The position numbers and the translations under genes are program-made. From Callorhinchus milii (lineage: Eukaryota), in contig NW_024705422.1 in assembly GCF_018977255.1 (NCBI RefSeq), forward strand, positions 1 through 45,990: DNA of 45,990 bases. Direction: 5' to 3'. Position 1 is the stretch's first letter. Each line of letters begins with the position of its first letter. Below are positions 11,657 through 23,500 of this stretch, one piece after another. The notes below the pieces were generated by a model. The model was not told the DNA's origin. It saw nothing but the letters and a program-made list of their open reading frames with translations, and made no database searches.

Positions 11657-14600
11657 TTACAAGTAGTCATCAATAGCCCTCCCGTCGAGCGCCACAGCCC
11701 GGCTCCTGCGCCTCCTGACGGCAATGGCAGCAGACAGGAGAGCAATGACGGCTGTGGCAATGACGAGGAGAATGGACAGAGTCCCAGCCGAGGCCCACGA
11801 TGAAGAGGGAGCCTCCAGCAACAGCAGAGCAGCGTCGTTAACAGGAGCTTCTTCAAAGAGCACGGGGCCCTGCAGCGACACCACGTGCTTTCCTACCACG
11901 CTGGAAGCGTCAGAGATGGCGTTGCGCTCTGGAACAAGAACAGAAATCGGTTGATGACCACTGGCCCATACAGAAAGGACATCATATGCTGCAGGTCAAG
12001 TTCCCCAGAAAATCAAACGAGTAGGTAATTATGGCATGCCACGGGTTGTGAAACAGTCTGCAAAGGTCACAGCAAATGCACTCTAAATATAAACGATAAC
12101 ATAGTAACATTAAACCCTTCGTCCTCTTGACAAATCGTTACTTTGCGAGGCTTTGGGTAAACAAGCACAATATAGTCAATAGGTCGCGGTGGTGCTGCTC
12201 ACTGTAGCGCCTCGTCTGTCCACACTGCCGATTGCACTCGGTGAGGAAGTTGGGGCTGGAGCTGTCGCACACCACGATAGAACAGTGCAGGTAAACCTGT
12301 GGCAGACAGAATGCATCGCTCCGGTAAGTAAAGGTTCCCATGTTTTTAGGTAGTCCTTTTGCCCTCCAGTTGTACACGTCATCCCTCCATGGTGACCTGG
12401 TTTTTAATGGGAGGAAAGAATCGGGCACTCACGAGGTCACGGGTGGTGCTGCGGTCAGAGTTCATGAAGGCGAAGGCCTGGAGTGCCAGACGCTTGTAGT
12501 GAGAAGGCAGTGGCAGGTCAGCGACACCAGGGAAGAACACACTGCAACAAGGAGACTGCACGGGGCAGCTGCACAGGAAAAAGTGCCGTTTACCCTCAAT
12601 TCAAAGCACGCATCCTTATTTAAATCTGCACGCAAGGATGAAGGTCAGCTTTAGTCAAGACATGCTCACGACTAGCAAGGCAGCCCAAATGCCAATGTGC
12701 AGTGCATCTGTGCAATGCAACCATCACTGCATGTAGTCGGGCCTTCAACAAACCACCATCTCTAGGAGGCAGAGGGTGGCTGTGTTAACATCCAGAACCC
12801 AAGGAGCAGTGGCCATCGACATTTGGAAATGGCACTGCAATCTTGCTTAGACGCCAATACTTGATAGTCACCATTACACGAACCGTTGTCATTGCATGGG
12901 GACGTAATTAGCACAGCTCTGCTTACATGGGAGAAGAAAAAGAAACCAATGGCTCAAACCAGGTTGCCTCTGCAGGCCCTGCTGTGGCAGTGAGAGAGCA
13001 CTACCCCGCCCAGCCTCACCCATCCACCACAAGCTTCCACTGCGTGGGGTCGGTGGCATCTGTCGTGGGCGTGGCCCAGCAGTCCTTCAGGAAGAGCACC
13101 AGCGTGGGGTCAGAGCGGTGCAGCAGCGACGCCTGCACGTAGAGCGGCGTTCCCAGCAAGCGTTACGAGCGGGTACTGCCAGGGCTGGTACGGCGTGGTG
13201 TAGGAGTTGTCTGGCAGCGTGCAGACATGGTTCACAAGGCATGTGGATTAGTGGTGTAAGGTCCTGTTTAGAGCACATTGGACAAGGCAAAGCACAAATC
13301 CCTAAAACGTGCGCATTACTTTTGAATTGAACTAGTGCACATCAACATGTTCCTGGCATAAAAATCGTGGTTTATATTTTATTTGTATTTTTAGAATAAA
13401 ATTCTGTGACCCTCACCTACATACAACGGCATCTCTAAATGTCTAGATGCTGTAAGGGGCACGGTTTCACACGGAGGGGTGGGAATCGGTTGCTAACAGT
13501 TGGCCAAGCTCTAGTCAATTGGTAACCAATGAAGCGATTGACAACCATTCGTTCAAGCAATTGTGATCTGACAAATGAGGCTAAGAAAGCCAGTCCAATT
13601 GCCCTGTAAACAATGCCCTCAAGGAGACCGTTTTGATTGATAGGGGCATTGTCATCCCGTTCAATATCGGCCCCACACCAACATGATTAAGCCAATAGCT
13701 GCTAGATTCAAAACCTCAGCAGAAAATAGCATTTTAAGTTACACGTCGTACCATGGCGAATGTGCAAGTCGTTCTAGTTCCCTTATGGCTAATTATGAAC
13801 TATGTTGGCAGGTTCACAACACTGGCAGCACAGCCTAGCACGTCATCCGTTTGTTGCGGTGGTTTGCAGTTCAAGTCCAGCAGCCATGCCGATTAATGCT
13901 GCAGATGCGTTCAAAAATCGCATGCAGCCTGCAATCAGTGGAAATTAAACCAGGGTCGAGCTCCGAGCCGAGCAATGGCTAAAATAATGACTTTCAGCTG
14001 GCTTCGAGTCAGAGCTAATACAGACCCAAGTCGTCCCTGGGTAGAGCGACATCACAACCCGTGTTCAAGTGGCATTTGTCCGCTCAGAGCTGCACAGGGT
14101 GTCAGAGAGCAGCACTCACCAGTGAAGACCTGGAGCAGCAGGGAGAGGGGCCCAGTGGCCGTGGCTGGAGGTGGCGGTGGAAGAGTGCTCACCTGCACTC
14201 CAAGCTGCAGGTCTCCACTTCCAAGGAAGCGGCATTGAAGAACCATCCTGGTAAAACAGACACCACCAGCCAAAGGCATGCACAACGCCCTCACGGCAGC
14301 AAGAGATTGCAAGAGGGACAGAGCAGACCGATAGGGTGTTTTGCAGATGTACCAGTGAAGGGATCCCACGTTGGTTAATACCGTGTTTACATTAGCCATA
14401 AACCATATTCCTACTACTTCAAGATGTAAAAGATCCTGTGACGAGGAAAAGTCGCCCTTGTGCCTTGAATGTCCCAATTTAATAAATTAACAGTTGAATA
14501 TGGAAGCACAAATTGGTCACGGTTCTGCAGGCATATGCTACAAATATTTAATGTCGCAGGGACAGTGGCCATTTATGGGGGTGGGTCTCCTCTGCAAGAC

Positions 14601-17600
14601 TCATGCTTGACCCTCATGAGCACAGCACTTGCAATGCTTACTTGTATGTGGACGACTTGGTGATGGCGACGCTTCCATCGACGCAGAGCTCCCGCTCGGA
14701 GACCAACATTAACTCGTACACGAGCTCCTGCCCACTCCACTGGACACACCAAAAAGTAGTTCACACAAAACGATAATGCCATTGAGCGATCAAGTAGAAG
14801 AATGATAAGTGGTACTGGCCAGGAGTCCAAATTGCTCAAAATTAGCTACACGTTATGTTAGGATCCCCCTAAATTCTGCTTTAGCACTCGATTCATTTGA
14901 CACTCAATCATAAAGTGACCCTGCTGTTCTTTATCAAGTCGTGCATGATTGTGCTCTGCACATCAAGGAGTTGTGCATCGTGAAAGGTCCGATGCAGCAC
15001 GTCAACAAGGTCAAACAACAACCATCAGGATGGGGCAGGGCAAAGCAGAGTCCAGGAGCCCATTACCTGCACAGTGGCACCACACGCTGCCATGGGTACG
15101 TCAAAGACTGCAAGGTCTGCAGACACCAGCACGGGGCTGCACTGCGCACTGCTACTGCCAGTCAGATGCACGGTGCTCAGGTCCAGCGGCGGAGACGTTA
15201 GGTTCCGAGACACGGGCACCACAAAGCGCCCATCTGTGGTGCACACTGGGTGGAGCATGGTGGGAGGGTAATGGAGAGTTCGGCGATGGAACAAGTTCAG
15301 AGAACCAGCACAGCAGGATGCTACTGTGCCAACATTGAACCTCGCAGTAAGAGCCTAGTTTAGGTAGTGAATTATGGAATCTGTTTTGAGTCAGCTACGT
15401 ACCAGCTTCACTGTAGAAGCAGCGGCGTAGAGTGGGGTCGTAGCAGCAGCCACTCTGTGCACAGACGTCCGCGCTCGGGACACTCTGCACAGAGTTGCAT
15501 GGGAAGTTCCTGCTCTGACCAGAGCACGTGGCGATCTCTAAAACAGCAGGAGCACAACAGGTCATCGTACAAAACCCCACACGTACTTAAATAAAGTCAT
15601 CGTTTGAGCCACGTGTCATGTATGTGAAGGTGTGTTACTTGGCACATGACCAAATCACCGGGCAATGCACGCAATCTCAGAAGCGGAGCAGGGTTGAGTG
15701 TACAAAGATGGGCAAACACGTTGCTCACTGGCTGTAAAAGGCTCTGGCAGTGCAGCACAATTTGTTGCATTGCAGGTCAGTGCCACTCAACTTTTCCAAC
15801 AAGGAGCAGCGTGGTGAAGCATGGTCAAATTAACCCTCAAGACCTAGGACAGCACCAACCAGCAGTGCATTAGGAAAACGCGTTTATACGGTGCAACTAT
15901 TGCAATCAGCCACTGGGGGAAATTGCATCGGAAAAGGATTCAAGCTGCAAGTTTGTCCAGTAAAAACCAAGGGCATGAAACGCAAGTGCACAATTGCAAA
16001 AGCACCAGGAGAGATCTGGGTCGAAACAAAATGCAGCCGTTGACCCAGCAGACCCATTCTAGAGCACCAAGTCACAGGTAGTGCAGTCTGTGGGTCCGAT
16101 TAGCAGAGTCAAATCAATGGTACTCACCTCCAGCCCTCGCCGATCTTAGGTTCTCAGGGCAGTCGATGGTCAAAGCCCAGACGAGTCCATTCAGCCCCTG
16201 CCGCATCTCCTGCAGCTCCACCTGGATCTTCCTCCTGCCGTCCTGGTGAAATCAGCAGCCCTCAACATCGGACTCGGGGCCAGTGCTCCAGGAAGCTCAA
16301 AACAATCAGTAGATTTCGTGCATTCGACATTGTTGGGCGAGGCCAGGCTAATGACAAGTAAAACTGTCAAATAGGAAACCCGCCACCACCTACTACCCAA
16401 ATTAAGACAGGCAGACCCGCACGTGGGGGTTGCATTCCTGGGTCCGAAATCACTTTCCCAGGTTAACCTTTGTTATTGTACAAACGGATGCTGCGCTGCT
16501 GCGTGTGTAATACAGTTTCCATATTCAGCTTGCCACAAAACCGCCATTACTCTTCCCACAAATTACCACCCTTCACAAGGGAATCGCGATCCCTGGGCAA
16601 TTAGCCCATTGGGTGGCAAACACATTTATTATTGGTTTCACTTTTATGTCTTGTGCAAGCAACCTCAAGTAGTGCATATATTTCTGGCACAAAGCTCGTA
16701 TGTTGGTTAGGTCTGCCACTTACATTTTGCTGTTGTAGATCACACATGTCCAAGTCCTGTGTGCAATATTGTCAGCTTGGATAGTGACCTTCTGTAGCAA
16801 TAGTGCCGTTTATTCTATACCAAGCATCAAACTGCTCCGATTCTCTTCCTTGCATGGAATAGTATCGCGAAAGCTGCATCCATTGGCAGGCGTGAAATAC
16901 ACAAACTGAAAGCTTGTTTTGTGATGCAAGAATTAACCGTTCACACATTGCCTTTATTAAGGTGGCCACTTTGGTGACATGGACGTCTAGATGGCAAATC
17001 CTTTACCGTTAAGCACAGGAAAGAGAACAATTATGCTGGAGATAAGACTGACTAGACGGAGACTAAAGACAAAAAAGCAATGCAATGAGGCAAGGCCATG
17101 TGCAAGAAAGGATTCTTAGGATTGGCTTAAAGAGTAATGTAGCGACATGGCATACTACAATGAACACCACAAATGGCAAGTGCAAACCAAGGTTAACTGA
17201 TAAAAAGACAAAGATGGCAAAATCTTGATAAGACATGAGCATTGCATCGATTGTCCAGGGATACCAGTCAAGAGAAAGAGCTGCTGTATAAACTAGAATT
17301 AACCACCGAGAGATGATCGAAATAATATATTGTAGGAATAAATTGAAAAGGCAATGCAAACCATCTGAAAACAAATTCCAGAGTGGACGGCATGAGCTAA
17401 AAAAAGATCTTTGAACTTTAAAAATAAATGCACGAGCTAAAACAAACGTGGAAGGGAAAATACCAGAGTAGACAAAATCAAATTCGATTCTGGCCAGACA
17501 ATATCGATGGCACGTGATGGCCGATCGGTTATGGATTGCGAAACAACAATTTCGCTACTATCACAGCAGTCCAGCGGGTACTAGCATCGACGCAAGTCAC

Positions 17601-20156
17601 AACGGTCTCCTCGTGTTCACCTCCACGCGCACGTGGCAGGCATCACCAGCAGCGGTGAAGTGGAGCGCAGCACCGTCCCTCGCGATGGAGAAGCCGCACT
17701 CCCCCTGCACAGACTCCACATCCACGGCCTCATTCCGCACCGCTGGAGACATCAAGAACAAAGTTAGAAAAACCTGCATTTGGATGGATTGCGCACCACA
17801 AGTTCATGTGGGCAGCGTGACTGCAAGGAGAACAACAACGTATGGCGTCAGCGTCAACGCGAATAGGAAGTCTCCACAGTACCAGGAACGTCTCTAGGAC
17901 ACAGGATCCTCAATACACTGTTGGAATACGGTACTCCCAAACCTGCACAACGACTTCGTCTAATAGCTGCGTGTCAGATTTAGCGACAAGAGCGCCCAAG
18001 TCGACAACGGAGGACTCGTGGGAAATGCAGACGATGCGAGTAGAGAACCAGAGTCTGACAGGAGTCACCAGGTTCAGTTTATAACAGAAGGTACCACCTT
18101 GCATGAAATGTTCCAATGAAAGGAAGGGAGAGCCCATTGCGTATGCAAGTAAAAAGGAGGCATTGATAAATAAGGGATTCAACTCTTTAGTAAACACATG
18201 CGCCATTGGAACCTCGTTTGCCAGTAGCAAAATATGACAATTGGCTCTAAGGAAAGCCATCTCGGGTGTGGACCAATCAATTTCAAGATTAGTGCATACA
18301 TTATCAGAGTTATGTTTTTGTTTGCATTCCGACTGCAGGTATTGTGGTCAATGCAAACATGACTCCTTGTAAAAATGGTGTCAGTTTTATTGCCAGATAA
18401 AAGGGTAAAAAACCCAGTCAAACACACGCATTTATCCTATGGAAAAATAAGGGTTGATTGTCTGCTGCTGTATTAGACTAGTTGAAATGAACCCAAAACA
18501 ATATCATGCTTTGAATCCAAGATTCTTAAATTTCCCATCGTTCATAACAATTACATTTCACAACGCAGAGTGAACCAAAAAACCTAAAAAGCGACACCGA
18601 ATAAGAAACTGCAGAGGTCAGAACGCATCGAAAATGAAGCAGTTGGGATCAAACAACTGGGCAGAGAATCTCAGCCCCGAATCAATTTCGATAATATCCT
18701 TGAGAAGCGTCATATAGGCAATCATACAATGGATCAAGATAGTCAATTGTGTCATCACGATTTAAGTGAAAGCTCGTGGACTCACTCCGTACAAAGACAC
18801 GGTAGTCACTGCGAGAAGAGCTGCTCCATCCCACAGAAAAACCCAGGGTGGAGGAGATGCATTGCTTCAGCAGACCTGGGGGAGGCAGTTCAGAATTTGA
18901 GACGTCAAGATCAACTACACCTTGAGCAATTAAAAAACACAGCCCGCGACGGTTGCTTATTTGGCGCAAAGTCAAAAGGCACGTGCACGACTCGACAGTA
19001 TGAACCTCACACCAGGGATCGTCAGCCTGCAGCTTCGAAGCCGCTGGTTGAAACATGATATTTTGGTAGTAGACCCTGCATTAGACTCTTGAAATAGTAG
19101 GAAAGCTGCCAAGGTAGAGCCTGATATGCAAATTATCAACGCGAGTGCACAGTTCGTTGTTACTAAATGGAAAGGAACAAGGTCATGATGATTTTGCACG
19201 CGAGTGTTACGTATAGTCCTGCGCAGTCAAATGTTGTACAATTCACTATATTAAGTAAAGTTGCAAGGGCCGTGCCAATCAGTCACCAGCCATATTTTTC
19301 GAAAGCGTTATTATCGTAAAAAAGGAACGTGCAAGGGAGAGTTAATGTCCCAAACGCCCCCTTTTCCATGCGCTGGAGGATTATTAATTACCCACATGCC
19401 GGCCTATGCCCAGCCGCCGCCATCACGTCGCGTCACGTGACCGCTCCAACGGCAGGCGCACAACAATTCACCCCCCCCCCCCATCTCGTCCAGGCAGCGC
19501 TCTTGTTGGCAACTCGTGACGCCGGTAACGCTTTTCCAGTTCACGAGAGACGCCGCCATTATAGTCTTGTGCATGGCGGTGTCCATGCACACGATAGCAG
19601 TAGTGAGAGAATGCGCGATGTGGTTGTCATGTGGCGAGCAGCAGCAGCAGCGCCCCCTACCACTCGGCCTCCCCCAGCGTCCGCGGTCCCAGCGACTGGC
19701 GAAGCCTCGCGTGGACGGAGCCCAGGCAGAGGAAGCTGCGGGAAGTACGAGACACGTGACCACCAAGACGAGAGAACGCAGGGGAGGAGAGAGGCAAACA
19801 CCGCACCCCCCGCCCCCCCCACAAAAAAGTGGCCAGTAGCGATTTTAGGGAGCACCAGGCCAGCACGGTGCACGAAGGCGTTGGTGTAAACAGCGCCACG
19901 CAAAGCCACCTTTGGAACCCCACCACCCACAATGGGGCAAGCGAGACATTTCAGGACCGCATTTCCACATTTTTATCTCAATGCATTTCTCCATGCAGGT
20001 CAGTTACCCAAAGCGATATGGAAACGCCCTCTCTTACAAACGTACACAAGACTTCATTATCCAGAGCTGTTGAGTAACATCCCTGAACACCACTCAGCAC
20101 GCCCCTCCGCCTCCTCACCTGGTCAGGAGCAGGAGAAGAACTCGCAGAGCCGCCAT
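11657..20156 (-). CDS. ZP4: Zona pellucida glycoprotein ZP4/ZPB (ZP1/4-like), copy A, 13 exons, ~556 aa after correcting two +1 indels
   Basis: Exons (minus strand, GT-AG): 20119-20156, 19661-19735, 18786-18875, 17621-17742, 16128-16242, 15403-15537, 15067-15245, 14642-14739, 14120-14247, 13020-13210, 12433-12568, 12203-12296, 11657-11928. Signal peptide MAALRVLLLLLTSFLCLGSVHA; 4-Cys ZP-N1; trefoil CSGQSRNFPCNSVQSVPSADVCAQSGCCYDPTLRRCFY; ZP module (CTTDGRFVVPVSRNLTSPPLDL, TLPPPPPATATGPLSL, DPTLVLFLKDCWATP, PSHYKR, VYLHCSIVVC); furin site RRYKR; EHP VSLQGPVLF; TM followed by RRRRSR. Exons 2 and 10 are each 1 nt too long. Confidence 0.9.
18202..18419 (+). mobile_element. MITE-like repeat fragment in ZP4-A intron 3
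   Basis: Similar to 34148-34558 and, inverted, to 22616-22935. Flanked by aaacacatgc/aaacacacgc. Absent from the paralogous intron of copy B. Confidence 0.65.
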
Positions 20157-20514
20157 CGTAAAACAAATCATCGGCTGCGTCACTTCCTTAGGCCATGGAC
20201 CCCTTTTATATGGAGAGCCCTCAGCGATCCCGATCCAGATTGGATCAGATCCACCCACGCATTGTCTCATCAGCGAGATTTTATCAGAGCAGATCCACTC
20301 ACTCATTGTCTCATCAGTAGAGGTTTGCTCGATCTCGGCGCACGTGCATGGATAGGAGCTGCACCGCAATCACGCGGCACGTACGCAGGAGGAGTTAATT
20401 GGCTCATTACTGAAACTGAATGAGGCCGCGCGCAGATAAAAGCCCCGAGTCGGGACAGTAGCTGCGTTGGCTCTGCTGGTGCCGTGCTAAGTCTCGGTTT
20501 TTGTTGTCCTTGCG
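20157..20514. promoter_or_regulatory. Bidirectional ZP4/ZP3 promoter (358 bp ATG-to-ATG)
   Basis: Minus-strand TATAAAA 20204-20210 upstream of the ZP4 Kozak ACGATGG. Plus-strand GATAAAA 20435-20441 upstream of the ZP3 Kozak GCGATGG. ATTGG/CCAAT boxes at 20239 and 20398, E-box CACGTG at 20341-20346, and a 28-bp direct repeat at 20246 and 20290. Confidence 0.75.
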
Positions 20515-23500
20515 ATGGAGATCACGAGGGCTTTGTTTTCGGTCTTGGGGTTGTTATGTCTTGCCTCTGGTGAGTGGAGTTTGGTCGAAAGATTATTTTA
20601 CAAACGTGTTTATTTGTCGTGTAATGTAACTGCCGTGTTTACTAATGTGAACACCATAATATACACGTACTAACGATGGGCTTGGTAGTGTGGCGTGGTG
20701 GTTAATTCACTGTTCTATACCTGAATTTGCGTCCTGGTAATGTTAACATTGGCGAGATGTGTCTAGACCTGGGCTTTGCCCTAATTCAGCCCGTACTGAT
20801 CTGTATGGTCAAACTGACGACCGCAATGTGCGAGACTTGATCCAGTAGTGGATTGCCAAAACGTATTCTTAACCTGTCGTGACGCGTGTATACATTTATT
20901 GAGGTGCTACTGGGGAATTCGAACTCTTGTATTAGCAGCTCCGTGTGGATGATTGACTCGAGCTCTGAGACTTTCTACGGCTTCACTGACCACCTGTGTC
21001 ACTGTTTGGGTAACTCTCGCGTCTCGTCCCGTGCGGCACCGCCAGCTGCAGTGGCCACCTCCGCCACGGTGAGTGTGGTGTGTGACGAGGCGACGCTCAC
21101 GCTGACCGTGAGCAGGGACCTGTTCGGCACGGGTCACCTGGCCCAGGCGAGTGACCTGTCCCTGGGAGTGCCAGCCTGCCCCGTCACTGGGAGCGACGCC
21201 CTTGCTGGGACGGTGACGTTCCTCTACGCACTGGAAAGCTGTGGCAGCAGCCTCCAGGTAACTTGCTGCTGTAACATAATCTGCGCAATCCAACTGCTTT
21301 ATGTTTTTGCCGAGTGTAGATGCAGAAGAATTACAATTCCGCATTCGAGTCAAGCCAGACTTCTTCAATAACAGCGGGGTGTATCGCTTTGAAATCCCCT
21401 TGGTATTTGTAGATCGGTCATTGCATTATTGTGTAAAGGTCCGTTCTGGTTGACCAGTCGTACATTAGAGCGTTTTTATTCTTCCATAATACATTGGGAA
21501 TCTGCATTTGCCATGGTTTGTGTGGGTGTTTTTATGGGTGACATGAGCTAGGTGAATTATTTAAACCAAGGAACAGCTGCATTGGGTCTTTCACCAAGGT
21601 GTTTGAGCTTTTTTTTTAAATTCCGCTAGTATTGCAATAGGTAATAAACCCCACGTCTTCCTCCCTTCTTAGATGAGTGCAGAGCTGCTGTCTTACGAGA
21701 ACTACCTCTACTACCGCCCCACGTCCAACACGGGCATTATCCGCACAAACTACGTCGCCGTGCCGGTCGTTTGCCGCTATCCCAGGCGAGTTCACCAGCA
21801 GTCTCTTGTTGACATTTGCTTAATTTTGAAGTCCAGCTAAACTGTTTACAATTCTACCACTGTCTTTAAAAATACGTGCCGTTTCGTGTGCTTTAGCTTT
21901 GCGAGGCCTGAATTGCAATAAAGCCAATGTCAGCGAGTTAATCCACCGATGGAAAGTCTCCCTGTGCTGTCTGTCGTGGGGGTTTTTAGTGGCAACTTTA
22001 CTGATGGGTTCACATCAAACGCCTGTCGTGGCCTGCCTCAAACATCCAGCCTTGCAAGTGTCCACGCCTGAAGTGGTGCATGCATTGCATACTGCGTGAA
22101 CCACGGTCCCCTTGATTATACTCCATTCCCCCAAGTCTTCTACTTACTCTTATTTGGTCCTCGTCGGATAAAAGTCTTGCAAGTTGCGATGTTAAATATA
22201 CTCTGAAAATATGGTTCTGTATCTCTTCGCTTGTCTACTCGTTGTAAGATGATATTAACAGCATTGCAATAAGAATCTGGTCACAATTAGTGCTGTTGAG
22301 CATCGCCCACCTCTGCTCGTTTGTCGAGAATGTGTGCCTGATCTCTTCCTGACTGCAGGAAGGGGAACGTGTCCAGCAATGCCATCAAACCCACATGGAT
22401 CCCCTTCAGCAGCGCCAAGGTTATGCAGCAGCAGCTGAGCTTCACGCTGAGGCTCATGACCGGTCAGTGGTGATGTGAGGACGTTGATTGCCTATTATGC
22501 ACATGGCTACTACCAGGATGGCAATTTAGACTATAAACCCTTCAAGATGTGTGCTTGGTATTGAAGAATAGGCCAGATATATGCCCGAGGTCCCTAAACT
22601 TTATCCGAGGTTTAAGAATAGGTTTACCCATTTTTGGCACCAGGTGTTTAGATGTTAAAACGCCAAACTGAAACTTTTTTTACAAGGAATCGTGTCTACA
22701 TTAACCACAATCCTTGGTCAGAATGCAACAAAACACTGATATATGCATTGTCTTTGAAACTGGTCCACACCAGACGGCTTTCTGTCGAGTTTTTTATTTG
22801 CATTCTGACCACAAATTTTGTGGTTAATGCACATGATTCTTTGTAAAACGTTTCAGTTTGCTGTTTTAACACCTGTTGCCAGAAAAAAGGGAAACCTATT
22901 CTCATATTTTGGTACTGGCAAAGGAGGTCCCATGATTTTATCTTGGTTTCTTCCACAAGCAGTGGCGTGAGCAAGCACTTTCCTGGCTGCGCTGTTAGTC
23001 TGCACTCGGCCTTGGCAATTGTGTTTTTGAAGTTGTCTAATTGTGTTTTTTTATGAAGACGACTGGAGTGTGGCGCGACCTTCCACCGTATACCAGCTGG
23101 GCCAGACTCTGCATGTCGAGGCGAGCGTGCAGACACTGAACCACGTTCCACTCCGGATCTTCGTGGTCAGCTGCTTTGCAACCCCGGTTCCGGACAGGAA
23201 CTCTCCCCTCAGCTACCAGATAATTTCTAACTCTGGGTGAGATTTCTCTCTTAATCCCACCTAATGAATGTTTATGCTCCTTGTCTTAAAGGTGGCATTC
23301 CACTGCTTGAGTATATAACAGAGCCTGACCTTGGAATGCCGCTGAATCTTGCTCTGATGGTTAAGCCTGACCAGGTGTATGGTTAATGATTTTTATCATG
23401 TGGTGTCTGTCGGTACACTACTGATGAGAGATGTGGTCATTGGAGACTGATTTGGTTTGCGTCGTGGGAGCCCCCTTTGTGCCGTATTATACAGTGGAAG

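Larger units (their letters stand above)
11015..20437. repeat. Large duplicated block, unit A (unit B = ~36205-45990)
   Basis: Colinear exons, introns and promoter. Exons are nearly identical; introns have more substitutions and indels. Confidence 0.95.

Noticed and set aside
12860..12925. Possible extra ZP4 exon after a pyrimidine tract in intron 10
   Set aside because: Exon 10 (ending GG) joins exon 11 (C TGC CCC) directly to give the conserved DGCP; the candidate has stops or an incompatible phase.
16191..16400. Minus-strand ORF MGSRWWRVSYLTVLLVISLASP... as a separate secreted peptide
   Set aside because: It starts at a non-ATG codon and overlaps ZP4 exon 5 in the wrong frame; the phase-consistent exon is 16128-16242 (DGRRKIQVEL...IDCPE).
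19329..20423. Long plus-strand ORFs (19329-19889, 19932-20423) and paralogs near 44965-45694
   Set aside because: They are GC-rich antisense or promoter-overlapping frames whose reading frames are not conserved between the duplicated units.
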